Assembly: GCA_947380295.1 (NCBI GenBank)
Contig: CANCQK010000009.1
Span: 37,460 to 101,459, forward strand
Origin: Bdellovibrionales bacterium
GTDB taxonomy: Bacteria > Bdellovibrionota > UBA1018
DNA length: 64,000 nucleotides
Direction of reading: 5' to 3'
Positions within the stretch are counted from its first letter, which is position 1. Each line of letters starts with the position of its first letter. A program made the translations under genes and the position numbers. The notes beneath the pieces are model-generated. The model did no database searches. It saw only the letters and a list, made by a program, of their open reading frames with translations, and was not told where the DNA came from. This document shows positions 27,145-37,094 of this stretch, one piece after another.

Positions 27145-28662
27145 TTAGCTCGCTTGAGCCAGAGTACTGGGCGTTGCTGGGCCTGTCAATAGTGCCCGGA
27201 TCTGAAGAGTTGCCCAATGAAACGCATTTTGCGATTGAATTTTCTCTTTCATTGCCAGCATCCGTCGGGCTCGCTCAGCCACCGGCAGCTCGATCGCAGT
27301 TGCAATTGAATCAGCCAGTTCTTCGATGGAGTAGGGGTTAATGATTAGTGCCTCCGTGAGTTCCCGACTCGCACCGGTGAACTTACTCAGAATCAGAGCC
27401 CCTCGTTCGGCGGCCTGGCACCAGACATACTCCTTCGCGACGAGATTCATTCCATCGTGGAGGGAGGTCACCAAACAAAGATCACCCATTTGATAGAAAT
27501 ACTGGATCTCGCCCCATTCGTGGTGTTCAGGGAGAAATACAATGGGTTGATAGCTTTCGGATCCAAAACGCGTATTCACTCGTTCCACTGCTTGATGGAG
27601 TTGATCCGAGAGTGCACGGTAAGCAGGAATATGGGTTCTGCTCGGCGAACCCATCTGAACTAGACTGAGACGCCCTCGATAGTGAGGGTATTTTTCGAGA
27701 AGACGTTCAATGGCCTCGACCCTCTCTACGAGTCCCTTCGTGTAGTCGAGGCGATCGACTCCCACTGCGACAATCTCGGCTTGAATGCCATACCTAGCTT
27801 TCAGTTGATGGATTTCCTGCTGATTGAGCGTCCGGACGGGTGACGGATCAATTCCGATGGGAAATGCACGGATCAATGTCTCATGCTGATCCATCGTGAC
27901 TGAGAACTTTTCCCAGTCAATGCGAGCCTCTAAATATCGATTACAAGTCTCTAGAAAATTATTACAGTGATACTGGGTATGAAACCCGATGACATCTGAG
28001 CCTAGCATTCCGTGGAGGAGCTCTTGGTTCCATGGGCAAATTCCAAAAGTCTCGGGATTAGGCCAAGGAATATGCCAAAAGAGTCCTACCCGGGGTCTTT
28101 GAGTGGCTGCAGAGAATCGTCGCTTGAGGAATCGCGGCAAGAGGGCGAAGTGATAGTCTTGAATCAGGATGAGGGAGTTTTTTCCTGAACTTTCAGGTGG
28201 AAGTGCCCATGCAAAGCGTTGATTCACTGCTTGATAATGTTCCCAATCGGAGAGTCGAAAGATGGGTCTAGTGTGGGCTAGGTGACAAAGAGGCCAGAGA
28301 CCTTCGTTGGCAAAACCGTAATAGTAGCCTAACTCTTCTTCTCGGGAGAGAGCAACCCGCCTCAGCGTGTAGGTGGGGTGAGAGGGTGGGACCTGAATTT
28401 CGCCGCGTTCATTTGCAGTTTCAAAGTCAGCGCTACCACTAGCGTGAGCAATCCAAAGCCCTCCGAATTGCCGGAGGATCGGTTCTAACGCAGTCACGAG
28501 TCCGCTTGCGGGACGAATGACCTCGATCTGTTCGCCGCGTCGTTGATGAATGTACGGTTCACGATTTGAGATCACGATGAGTTTGTGGTCTTGCATGCTC
28601 TCTCGCAATGAGCGCAGCCACGGCAATTCGTCAGGGCGTGTTGGGTTTTCATGGTGTTTCAT
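27145..28662 (-). CDS. otsA: alpha,alpha-trehalose-phosphate synthase (GT20)
   Basis: 505 aa. It has GT20 signatures including ...GFFLHIPWP-type motifs (FWHIPWPNPE) and VGVDRLDYTKG. Confidence 0.85.
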   Translation of the reverse strand: MKHHENPTRPDELPWLRSLRESMQDHKLIVISNREPYIHQRRGEQIEVIRPASGLVTALEPILRQFGGLWIAHASGSADFETANERGEIQVPPSHPTYTLRRVALSREEELGYYYGFANEGLWPLCHLAHTRPIFRLSDWEHYQAVNQRFAWALPPESSGKNSLILIQDYHFALLPRFLKRRFSAATQRPRVGLFWHIPWPNPETFGICPWNQELLHGMLGSDVIGFHTQYHCNNFLETCNRYLEARIDWEKFSVTMDQHETLIRAFPIGIDPSPVRTLNQQEIHQLKARYGIQAEIVAVGVDRLDYTKGLVERVEAIERLLEKYPHYRGRLSLVQMGSPSRTHIPAYRALSDQLHQAVERVNTRFGSESYQPIVFLPEHHEWGEIQYFYQMGDLCLVTSLHDGMNLVAKEYVWCQAAERGALILSKFTGASRELTEALIINPYSIEELADSIATAIELPVAERARRMLAMKEKIQSQNAFHWATLQIRALLTGPATPSTLAQAS

Positions 28663-28783
28663 GCTTGGCTTTCGGAGGGTGCAACCGATGTGCCGGTAGA
28701 TTTCTGAGTTGGTTTTAATGCTTTGGCTCTTCCCTTGCTGTTCAAGAACTTAGAATCAAAATAGAAACAGGAGATCTCGAGGT

Positions 28784-30574
28784 ATGTCACAGTTAGACTT
28801 TGGTCTTATTGGAAATTGTCAGATCTCGGCTTTGGTCGATCGTAACGCAAAAGTCATTTGGTGCTGTATGCCTCGTCTTGATTCTCCGAGTGTTTTCGCT
28901 GCTTTGCTCGATGAGAGCAAAGGGGGAGATTGGATCATTGAGCCAGGATCATCAGGGCCTGCTGTTAAGTGGAGTTCGCGGCAGTATTACCTGCGAAATA
29001 CTAATATTTTGGTCACTCATTTTACTCTTGATGACGGCTCTCAGTTTGAGGTTCTTGATTTTGCGCCTCGCTACCGGCGTGGCGATCAGTATCATCATCC
29101 AGCCCAGCTCGTGAGGATCGTGAGACCGATTCAGGGGCTGCCGCAGGTCGTGGTAAAATGTCGGCCTCGCTTTGATTATGGTCGTGAGGATCCACGAGTT
29201 TACCTTCTTTCATCGAGTGTTAAATTTGAATTTCACGATGCCTCGGTCTATTTGGCCACGGATGCGCCCTTGTCCTATGTTTTAAGTGGGGTGCCGTTTC
29301 AACTGAAGGAGTCAAAACGATTTGTCTTTTCTTTTGGCGAACCTTTTGAGGGAACTTTTCGGTTCGAGTTAGAGGAGCAACTTGAACGGACCGCAGACTA
29401 CTGGAGGTCATGGGTAAAGCATTGTAATATTCCATTTGAATTTCAAAACGAGGTGATCCGATCTGCGTTAACACTCAAACTTCATATCTATGAGGATACG
29501 GGTGCGATCATAGCGGCGACAACCACCTCCATTCCTGAGGGACCGGAGAAAGGTCGAACCTGGGATTACCGGTATTGCTGGTTGCGCGACGCGTACTTTG
29601 TTGTGACTGCGTTGAATCGCTTAGGTCAGTTCGAAGAGATGGAGGCATTTATTTCGTATTTGCAGAATATCTGTGCTTCAGAACCGTCAGGTATCCTTCA
29701 ACCCGTCTACGGGATTGACGGAAAGAAAGATCTTTTGGAACGAGAGATCAGTGAACTTCGAGGGTTCAAAGGTCTGGGGCCGGTGCGAGTCGGAAATGCA
29801 GCTTATAAAATGGATCAGCACGATGTGTACGGCGAAATGGTTCTCGCCATCACGCCTATGTTTTTTGATCGAAGATTGGATCGGATCGATTTAGATCAAG
29901 CTCTAAAGAATGTACGGCAACTGGTTGAGCAGGCCATTCGGTGTTTTGATCTTCCTGACGCAGGAATTTGGGAGTTTCGCGGGGAGAAGAAACACTCCGT
30001 TTTTTCTAAGCTGATGAACTGGGCCGCAGTGGACCGAGGTGTTAGAATTGCTGCTAAACTGGGGCGAAATGAGCTGGTCAGCGAATGGGGGCCACATAAA
30101 GAAAGAATGCGATTGGATCTGGATCGGGGGGGGTGGAACGAAACAGTGGGATTCTACACTCAGAGCTATGGCGGAGATAGTCCGGATGCCGCAAATCTGC
30201 TTTTGCCAGCCGTCAATTTCATCTCATTTCGAGATGAACGATTTCAGCGCATGATCGGTTCATATGACAAGATTCTGCGCGTTGGCCGGGGCGTTTATCG
30301 CTACCGCACTCCCGATGATTTCGGTACCCCGAGAACTACATTTACCGTGTGTGCGTTTTGGATGGCCGACGCGCTTTGGGGCGCTGGTAGGAAATCTGAG
30401 GCGAGAGATCTTTTTTCATCAGTGATTCATCACGCGAACCATCTCGGCCTATTGTCCGAGGATATGGACCCTGAGACAGGAGAACTTTGGGGAAACTTTC
30501 CTCAAACCTATTCGCACGTCGGACTGATTAACACGGCAATGCGAATTTCCCGGAGTTGGGATGAGGCTTGCTGA
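28784..30574 (+). CDS. GH15 family glycoside hydrolase (bacterial trehalase/glucoamylase-related)
   Basis: The N-terminus FGLIGNCQISALVDRNAKVIWCCMPRLDSPSVFAALLD is typical of bacterial GH15 trehalase-like proteins. It is divergent from otsA. Confidence 0.8.
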   Translation: MSQLDFGLIGNCQISALVDRNAKVIWCCMPRLDSPSVFAALLDESKGGDWIIEPGSSGPAVKWSSRQYYLRNTNILVTHFTLDDGSQFEVLDFAPRYRRGDQYHHPAQLVRIVRPIQGLPQVVVKCRPRFDYGREDPRVYLLSSSVKFEFHDASVYLATDAPLSYVLSGVPFQLKESKRFVFSFGEPFEGTFRFELEEQLERTADYWRSWVKHCNIPFEFQNEVIRSALTLKLHIYEDTGAIIAATTTSIPEGPEKGRTWDYRYCWLRDAYFVVTALNRLGQFEEMEAFISYLQNICASEPSGILQPVYGIDGKKDLLEREISELRGFKGLGPVRVGNAAYKMDQHDVYGEMVLAITPMFFDRRLDRIDLDQALKNVRQLVEQAIRCFDLPDAGIWEFRGEKKHSVFSKLMNWAAVDRGVRIAAKLGRNELVSEWGPHKERMRLDLDRGGWNETVGFYTQSYGGDSPDAANLLLPAVNFISFRDERFQRMIGSYDKILRVGRGVYRYRTPDDFGTPRTTFTVCAFWMADALWGAGRKSEARDLFSSVIHHANHLGLLSEDMDPETGELWGNFPQTYSHVGLINTAMRISRSWDEAC

Positions 30575-30655
30575 CTGCTCGATGTGTTAAGCCGCCTGGC
30601 ACCTCGGTTGCACTTCATCTGAGAGACGAACCAAATCAGCCTAGCGAGGATAAAA

Positions 30656-31150
30656 ATGATGAAATCCTTTCGAACACTTGTCTTATTGGCCGGCGTTTTG
30701 AGTGTCATGGTTTCTGGCGTAACCACTGCTTCTGCTCACGGTGGTGCTGCTCACGCAGGCGCCCGCTCGAGTTTACATGGGATTATTGATCCTGAATTAT
30801 TTGGTCCCTTTGGAGGATTAGGCTTTGGCCCGGGTCTACTCGGTTTTGGTATTAATCCATTTTACGGACCCTTTCCGGGGATTGGTTTGCCCCTAGGACT
30901 TCCTCGGATGGGTCTGCCTCTGCCTGGTGCATTGCCTTATGGACCGATGGCTTGGGGTGGGCTGGGTGCATATGGTGCATATGGTGCTTATGGTTATCCC
31001 GGGGTTGCCGCTCCTGCGGTCGCGACCTATGGTCAAAAAGGGATGACTAATGCAGGTCAAAAGGCCGGTCAAAAAGCAGGCCAAAAAGCAGGTCAGAAGA
31101 CTGCTGCAGCCGGACAAAAAGCAGGCCAAAAAGCAGGTCAGAAAGCCTAA
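30656..31150 (+). CDS. secreted Gly/Pro-rich low-complexity protein with a C-terminal (AGQK)n repeat
   Basis: It has a signal peptide, then GF/GP/GL-rich segments, YGA x3, and seven tandem AGQK tetrapeptides at the C-terminus. Confidence 0.5.
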   Translation: MMKSFRTLVLLAGVLSVMVSGVTTASAHGGAAHAGARSSLHGIIDPELFGPFGGLGFGPGLLGFGINPFYGPFPGIGLPLGLPRMGLPLPGALPYGPMAWGGLGAYGAYGAYGYPGVAAPAVATYGQKGMTNAGQKAGQKAGQKAGQKTAAAGQKAGQKAGQKA

Positions 31151-31174
31151 GAGTGTTTCTAGGGTTGCCTATTG

Positions 31175-31213
31175 GGATGGGGTCAATTAGCCCCATCCCT
31201 GCCTTTTGTTGGG
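31175..31213 (+). terminator. rho-independent terminator
   Basis: ggatgggg-tcaattag-ccccatcc is a perfect 8-bp stem followed by ctgccttttgttggg. Confidence 0.6.
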
Positions 31214-31261
31214 TGCTCATTTTGGTTGCTGCACCAGTGGGTTTCAGTTACCTGTTAATGA

Positions 31262-32113
31262 ATGAAAACTTCGCTACGTTCCTCGCTGAACACTCAACAG
31301 ATGGAATGGGAATGTCTCTCCGGAACCGACTCTCAGGCTCCACTGTCGAGGGAGGCTTGGAGCAAGGCCTGTCGGTTTCATCCTCTGAGTCAAGATCAGG
31401 TACTCCATGAAGTAAAAAACAAGGTGAGTCTGGCAGGTCGGCCAATTGTGCTCTTGGATCTTGATTCTACTCTCTACCAGGTTGAACCGCGCAGTTATCA
31501 AATCCTCAAGGAGTGGGCCCGATCTTCGGAATCTCAAGCTTTTCCCAAAGTGCAGGGGGCGTTTCATCGCTTTCTAGAAAGTCATGTTGGCTACTCCGTT
31601 CAAGATACACTCTCACAGTTGGGAATTGAGTTGAATCATCCCGAAGGGGCGGGCTCCTATCAATCGAGCAAGCAATTTTGGTCTGACCGATTTTTTCATA
31701 ATGAGTGGCTGAAATGGGATCGCCCCTATCCGGGTGCGGTTCAATATGTTCAGGCGCTTCATGGGTTGGGGGCTCAGCTAGTCTACCTCACGGGACGGGA
31801 TGAAGAGAGAATGCGTGAGGGAACAGTTGCCAACCTCGCTCGAGATGGGTTTCCATGGGGTCATTCTTCGACTCAACTTTGGATGAAGCCTTCCAAGATC
31901 ATGAACGATTTGGTTTTTAAGAAAAATGCAGCTGAGCGGTTGCATTCTTTAGGTGTGCTCATCGCCTCCTTCGAGAATGAACCTCACAACGTGGCTGGGC
32001 TGCAAAACCTTTATCCCGAGGCGATGCATGTCTGGATGGATACCCTTTGCAGTGATCACCCAGCGCCTATTTGCCAAGGGCTCTACCGGATTCAAAGTTT
32101 TGAGTTGTTTTGA
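31262..32113 (+). CDS. HAD-superfamily hydrolase-like protein
   Basis: It has a DLDSTLY motif I (DxDxT) and a later GRDE... region. The true start is uncertain. I have not established that it is a trehalose-6-phosphate phosphatase. Confidence 0.5.
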   Translation: MKTSLRSSLNTQQMEWECLSGTDSQAPLSREAWSKACRFHPLSQDQVLHEVKNKVSLAGRPIVLLDLDSTLYQVEPRSYQILKEWARSSESQAFPKVQGAFHRFLESHVGYSVQDTLSQLGIELNHPEGAGSYQSSKQFWSDRFFHNEWLKWDRPYPGAVQYVQALHGLGAQLVYLTGRDEERMREGTVANLARDGFPWGHSSTQLWMKPSKIMNDLVFKKNAAERLHSLGVLIASFENEPHNVAGLQNLYPEAMHVWMDTLCSDHPAPICQGLYRIQSFELF

Positions 32114-32178
32114 TTTGGCCGAGAAAGCTTTAAGAAGGTCAAAATTCATGTTAAAGCTCCTAGCTAAGGTTCATCAAA

Positions 32179-33138
32179 ATGGTTTTAGATTGGCTGCCGA
32201 AAGAAACAAAACAAGCGATTGAAAATTTAGATCTGGGCTTGAGTGTTTACTCAGTGCCGGAGATCGATATTTTGCTGAGCAAAACCGTACTTTTTCGTGG
32301 AAAAAAGTTCAGGCCAACCCTCTGTTTTCTGATGAGCCAGACGTTTGGTGTGGACCTCGACCGCTCCCAACCCTACGCTCGTGCTGCGGAATTTGTTCAT
32401 GCAGCAACTTTGGCTCATGACGATGTGATCGACGAGAGTCCTACTCGGCGCCATCGACCAACCTTGAATGCACGATCCTCAAATGCTCGAGCCGTGCTTG
32501 CTGGAGATCTACTTTTAGCTCGTGTGATGGCTGAGCTCTCCGCGCTTGGTGAAATTGAGATCATTGAAGATCTCGCCAACACGGTCGAGGAACTCGTCAG
32601 TGGAGAATGGCTCCAGCTCGAAGCTCGAAGCATTGCCCGGGTCAATCGAATTCATTTGGAGACGGTTGCAAAGAAAAAAACTGCCAGCTTAATGTCTTGG
32701 TGCTGCGCCACTGCGGCTCGGTTGGCAGGAAAAAGTCAGTCCTGGGTTGCGCTTGCACGGCAATTCGGTGAGTCACTAGGAATTGCCTTTCAGATGATTG
32801 ATGACATCATCGATTACGATCCAGCGGGCGAAAAGCCTTTTGCTCAAGATGTGCGAGAAGGCCTAGTCAATTTTGTGACCCTTGAAATGCTGGAGTCAAA
32901 ACCTTCTCTCTTAGAGCCTTTGCAAAAGATCTTGGGTGCAGTCCCTGAAGGTGTTCAGTGGCCGTGGCAGCCTTCTGATCTAGAGCGGGCCTCAGCTCAG
33001 GTTCGTGCTCGGGCGGATGCTAAGTTGGAAGTCGCCGGCCAGATTCTCGATCAACTCTCTCAATTGCCCAATTCAAACCCGGATGCTGTTCAAGCGCTGA
33101 GATCGATTCTTGTTTATCTGAGAGAGAGAGTTCGGTGA
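32179..33138 (+). CDS. polyprenyl diphosphate synthase (trans-isoprenyl diphosphate synthase family)
   Basis: FARM LAHDDVIDES and SARM MIDDIIDYD are both present. Confidence 0.88.
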   Translation: MVLDWLPKETKQAIENLDLGLSVYSVPEIDILLSKTVLFRGKKFRPTLCFLMSQTFGVDLDRSQPYARAAEFVHAATLAHDDVIDESPTRRHRPTLNARSSNARAVLAGDLLLARVMAELSALGEIEIIEDLANTVEELVSGEWLQLEARSIARVNRIHLETVAKKKTASLMSWCCATAARLAGKSQSWVALARQFGESLGIAFQMIDDIIDYDPAGEKPFAQDVREGLVNFVTLEMLESKPSLLEPLQKILGAVPEGVQWPWQPSDLERASAQVRARADAKLEVAGQILDQLSQLPNSNPDAVQALRSILVYLRERVR

Positions 33139-34229
33139 TTCCGGGAATCATCAGTTTCAAAAAAAACTCCGACGAACTCAAATCTGCTTTATGGGAGGGC
33201 ACGCTTTCGATTGAGGGCCAACTCTGTCGGCTCATCCCCCGTGAAGTCTTGTTTGTTCCTAGCTTGGAAGCGCCAGGTGCAGTGGGTTCGGTGGTTTTCG
33301 AGGTCAATCCAGAGAGTCAGTTCGTCCGCCCCAGTCGGTGGAAAATCGTCGTTCAAGCTATTCGTCCTCTCGCATTGGGAATGAGCGTCTTTCCATTTCT
33401 TGTCGTCCTTGCAAACGGCGGGTGGGAACTCGGGTTGGATTTTTCCCGAGTTTCGGCCGTTGTTCTTTTTTTCGTCATTCTATTGGTTCAGGTTTCAGTT
33501 CATCTTTCTAATGATGTTCAAGATCACCTTCGGTTGGTGGATCGACCTGGGATGGTCGGTGGAAGTGGTATAATTCAAAGAGGCTGGGGAAGTGCCCGGA
33601 TCTTGAGCGCTTGGAGTGCGGTTTTAGCTCTTTCTGCGTTTCAGCTGTGTTTTCGTTTGATTCATCAAGATTCTCTTGGCTTGTACGTTCTGGGAGCGAT
33701 TGGGTTTTTAGGAGCGGTTCAATTTTCCTCCCCTCCTTTTTCATTGAAGTATCGTAGCTGGGGTGATGCAGTCATTTTTTTACTCGGAGGCCCAGTTTTG
33801 GTCCTAGGCGTAGCACAGCTTCTGTTTCATCGTTGGGACTGGACGGACTTCAGTCTCGGTCTTTTCTTTGGCGGATCTGCCTGGGCTGTTTTTCACTCCA
33901 AGCGACTCCAGTCGTTTGAGTCAGATCAGCAGGGTGGTGTATCAAACTGGGCAACACTGCTGGGCTTTAAACGTTCGCGTCACTTTTTGGTCATGCTTTA
34001 CGGATTAACTTATTTATCCCTTCTGGGGGGAGTGATTTGGACGGAGCTTCCTGCTCGTGTTCTCTGCGCATCCCTTTTAGCCTTACCCCTGATTTTTCGG
34101 CAGGTGTCAAAAGTCTATCGGGCCTCTGGTCCCGTTTCCGTCTATTTGGGTCAACTGAGATCCGAAGGCCTTGTAATCCAATTTTGTTTAGGGACACTTG
34201 CTCTATTAGGTTTCTTATTAAAATTCTGA
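33135..34229 (+). CDS. UbiA-family integral-membrane prenyltransferase-like protein
   Basis: It has multiple TM helices and an NDVQDHLRLVD Asp-rich motif. It overlaps the polyprenyl synthase stop by 4 bp. The N-terminal roughly 70 aa may not be translated. Confidence 0.55.
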   Translation: MIPGIISFKKNSDELKSALWEGTLSIEGQLCRLIPREVLFVPSLEAPGAVGSVVFEVNPESQFVRPSRWKIVVQAIRPLALGMSVFPFLVVLANGGWELGLDFSRVSAVVLFFVILLVQVSVHLSNDVQDHLRLVDRPGMVGGSGIIQRGWGSARILSAWSAVLALSAFQLCFRLIHQDSLGLYVLGAIGFLGAVQFSSPPFSLKYRSWGDAVIFLLGGPVLVLGVAQLLFHRWDWTDFSLGLFFGGSAWAVFHSKRLQSFESDQQGGVSNWATLLGFKRSRHFLVMLYGLTYLSLLGGVIWTELPARVLCASLLALPLIFRQVSKVYRASGPVSVYLGQLRSEGLVIQFCLGTLALLGFLLKF

Positions 34230-34256
34230 TATGATTCATTCCTAAGGAGATCACCT

Positions 34257-35999
34257 ATGGAATCAAATCAAAAGACCATGAGTTTTATGCGCTCCCTTTG
34301 TCAGGGCGAAATTGAACAAGACATTATCTATCCGTTCCCAAAGGTGAAAAACTCTGAAAGAGAAGTCCTCACCGGTATTTTTTCAACGATCGAAAGCTGG
34401 CTCAAAGACAAGGGCAATGATTTTAGAAAATGGGACCGAGCTGGAGAGATGCCCCCTGAGTTTCTACAAGAAATGAGGGAGATGGGGATGTTCAGTTTGA
34501 TCGTCCCTGAAGAATTTGGCGGTCTAGGGCTGAGTAGCACGGGATATTCGCGAACGCTCCAAGAGCTCGCAAAATATGATGGATCGGTTGCGATCACCGT
34601 CGGAGCTCATAGCTCCATCGGGATGAGAGGTTTGCTCCTTTTTGGTACTCCTGAGCAAAAAGAAAAATATTATTCCAAACTTGCGACGGGCGAAATGATC
34701 GCTGCGTTCTGTTTGACCGAGCCAGGCGCTGGATCGGATGCCGCCTCGATTAAAACCAGAGCAGTTCAAGAGGGTGATCACTGGGTTTTGAACGGGGAAA
34801 AGCTTTGGATTACCAACGGAGGTATTGCTGATTTTTTCACCGTTTTTGCGAAGACGGATGGCTCAGAGGGGCAAATCACGGCGTTTATTGTAACGCGAGA
34901 CTTAGGTGGTGTGAGTTGCGGGCCACATGAGGACAAAATGGGCCTCCGCGCTAGTTCGACGACCACGGTGATCTTGGACAATGTTCGAGTTCCTAAAGAA
35001 AACGTTCTGGGCGAAGTCGGCAAGGGATTTAAAGTGGCGATGAAAGTCCTGAACTCCGGTCGTACGGGTTTGGGTGGCGGTACCGTGGGAGGGATGAAGA
35101 GACTCATTGAACTCTCCACAAAGCAGGCTAAAGAGCGATCCCAATTTGGTAAGAAAATTGCCGAATATGGCCTGATTAAACAGAAAATCGGTCACATGGT
35201 CGTTGAGTGCTACGCGACCGAGGCGCTGGTTGCATTGGTTGCTGGCTTGGTGGACCAAGGCTACGAGGACTACGCAGTCGAAGCGGCCATTAGCAAAGTC
35301 TTTGGGACTGAATGTCTTTGGAGAACGGCTGATGAGGCTCTTCAAATTGCAGGTGGCAATGGATACATGTGCGACTTCCCTTATGAGAGAGTCGTAAGAG
35401 ACAGTCGAATTAACCGAATCTTCGAGGGGACCAACGATATTCTCAGACTGTTCATCGCCTTGACTGCGATGAACGACGTTGGCAAGCAACTCTCAGAGCT
35501 CAAGGGGTCGCTCGAGGGAATCTTTAATGACCCAATTAAGGGATTTGGTGTGCTTTCGGATTACGGGCTTCGTAGGTTCTCACAGGCGACGGGTGTCGGT
35601 GGGGCTAAGAAGACCTTTACTCAGGCTCATCCGCGATTGAAAGAGCAGACTGCGATCTTTGAGGATGGTGTTCGTGATTTAGCTACCGCTGCAGATCGGA
35701 TTCTTCGTAAACACGGCAAGGGGATCATCGGCAAACAGTTTGCTACTAAGAGACTGGCCGATATTATGATTGATCTCTTCGCTCTGGCGGCTGTGATTAG
35801 CCGTGTGAGTACTGCGATCTATGAAAAGGGAGAGATCGTTGCTGAGAAGGAGATCGAAATTCTCACAGTGTTTGCAGGTCAAGTGCGTCGACGAACCAAA
35901 TCAAATTTCGGCAAGATCGATGATAATGATGATGAGTTGATTAAGTCACTTGCGAATCATGCGTTAGATCATGAGAAGTTCATCTGGGATAACGTTTGA
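34257..35999 (+). CDS. acyl-CoA dehydrogenase (long form)
   Basis: It has an ACAD N/M/C architecture with ...CLTEPGAGSDAASIKT... and ...QIAGGNGYM..., and a strong RBS (aaggaga). Confidence 0.88.
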   Translation: MESNQKTMSFMRSLCQGEIEQDIIYPFPKVKNSEREVLTGIFSTIESWLKDKGNDFRKWDRAGEMPPEFLQEMREMGMFSLIVPEEFGGLGLSSTGYSRTLQELAKYDGSVAITVGAHSSIGMRGLLLFGTPEQKEKYYSKLATGEMIAAFCLTEPGAGSDAASIKTRAVQEGDHWVLNGEKLWITNGGIADFFTVFAKTDGSEGQITAFIVTRDLGGVSCGPHEDKMGLRASSTTTVILDNVRVPKENVLGEVGKGFKVAMKVLNSGRTGLGGGTVGGMKRLIELSTKQAKERSQFGKKIAEYGLIKQKIGHMVVECYATEALVALVAGLVDQGYEDYAVEAAISKVFGTECLWRTADEALQIAGGNGYMCDFPYERVVRDSRINRIFEGTNDILRLFIALTAMNDVGKQLSELKGSLEGIFNDPIKGFGVLSDYGLRRFSQATGVGGAKKTFTQAHPRLKEQTAIFEDGVRDLATAADRILRKHGKGIIGKQFATKRLADIMIDLFALAAVISRVSTAIYEKGEIVAEKEIEILTVFAGQVRRRTKSNFGKIDDNDDELIKSLANHALDHEKFIWDNV

Positions 36000-36140
36000 T
36001 TTTTAGTCGGTAGTCACAGGACTGCGATTCGAGATGATGCCAATGCCTTGCCGAGGGTGCGGAGTTTAGAGAAGTCTTGGAAACTGCTCTGCAACCCTCG
36101 AAGGGCTGGCTGTATCCCGGGGGCTAGAAAAGTGACTGAG

Positions 36141-37094
36141 TCACCACTTAAAGAGACGCCATCTAGATGCTTTCTGGATCAAGCGAACTACTTCTGAATG
36201 ACCGTGCAGTCTCGCAAGCTCTAATGCATTCTTGCCTTCCTGATCAACTCTACCAGTTTCAGCACCTCGGGAGATCAACAGACTCACTATTGATGCCATC
36301 CCACCCTGGGCAGCTGCCATCAGCGGAGTATAGCCACGCTGATCTGCCTGATTTTCGGCGGCGCCAAAATTTAGAAGCATCTTTGCGGTCGCCTCTTGCC
36401 CACGAGAGATCGACATCAAGAGTGGACTTCGGCCCGAACTATCCGTTTGATTAACCAGGGCCCCTGCCTCGATGAGTCGCTGTGCTAATTGAGTGTGTCC
36501 GTGAGCTACTGCCTCAATTAAGAGTGAAGTCCCATAAGTCAGATCGCCAATATGAAACTCAGATTTCTTTGCTTCTAAAAAATAAAAAAGACTTTTAGCA
36601 TCTCCTGCCGCAGTCAACGAGGCAAGTAGGTTAGGCCCCACAACCAACCCCTCCGTTAGAGTCCCCCAATGTGCGGGATAATCAGCTCCCAAAACATGCC
36701 CTTTGCAGCCACCCCTAGAGGTATCGCACGACTCAATATAGGTAATATCCATTGCAGCACTAAAAATTGGTTCTGCCTGATACCAGCCATCGCCACTTCC
36801 GTCGCGCCTCATGCTATTTACTATTTTTAAATCTTGATTACATCGACGCTCTTGACCCGAACCACAGCAAATTCTCCGAGTTCCAGTAACTACAACGGTA
36901 TGTCCCGCAATACAAACACCTGATGTATCAGTATTTTTGCAATAACTTAAAATTAACGGCTTCTTTTTCGAGAGTAAATGCTTGATCTCTGATTCAAGCA
37001 ATCTTTCACGTGTCATAGGACCAGTTGCTCTTTTGACTTGACTCAGTAGGGGGTCTGAAATATCAAAAATTTTGACTTGATACTCTGGTAGCAC
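36141..37094 (-). CDS. ankyrin-repeat protein with a Cys-rich N-terminal region
   Basis: The C-terminal half carries at least four ANK repeats (...GRSPLLMSISRGQEATAKMLLNFGA..., ...GYTPLMAAAQGGMASIVSLLISRGA..., ...GKNALELARLHGHSEVVRLI). The N-terminal roughly 170 aa are Cys-rich and unassigned. Confidence 0.7.
   Translation of the reverse strand: MLPEYQVKIFDISDPLLSQVKRATGPMTRERLLESEIKHLLSKKKPLILSYCKNTDTSGVCIAGHTVVVTGTRRICCGSGQERRCNQDLKIVNSMRRDGSGDGWYQAEPIFSAAMDITYIESCDTSRGGCKGHVLGADYPAHWGTLTEGLVVGPNLLASLTAAGDAKSLFYFLEAKKSEFHIGDLTYGTSLLIEAVAHGHTQLAQRLIEAGALVNQTDSSGRSPLLMSISRGQEATAKMLLNFGAAENQADQRGYTPLMAAAQGGMASIVSLLISRGAETGRVDQEGKNALELARLHGHSEVVRLIQKASRWRLFKW

Noticed and set aside
28800-29474. 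ORFs 28800..29114, 29022..29213 and 29220..29474 overlapping the GH15 gene
   Set aside because: They are shadow ORFs inside a well-supported GH15 CDS.
30893-31129. Antisense ORF within the Gly-rich/AGQK gene
   Set aside because: It is a low-complexity mirror ORF. The sense strand has the signal peptide and the terminator.
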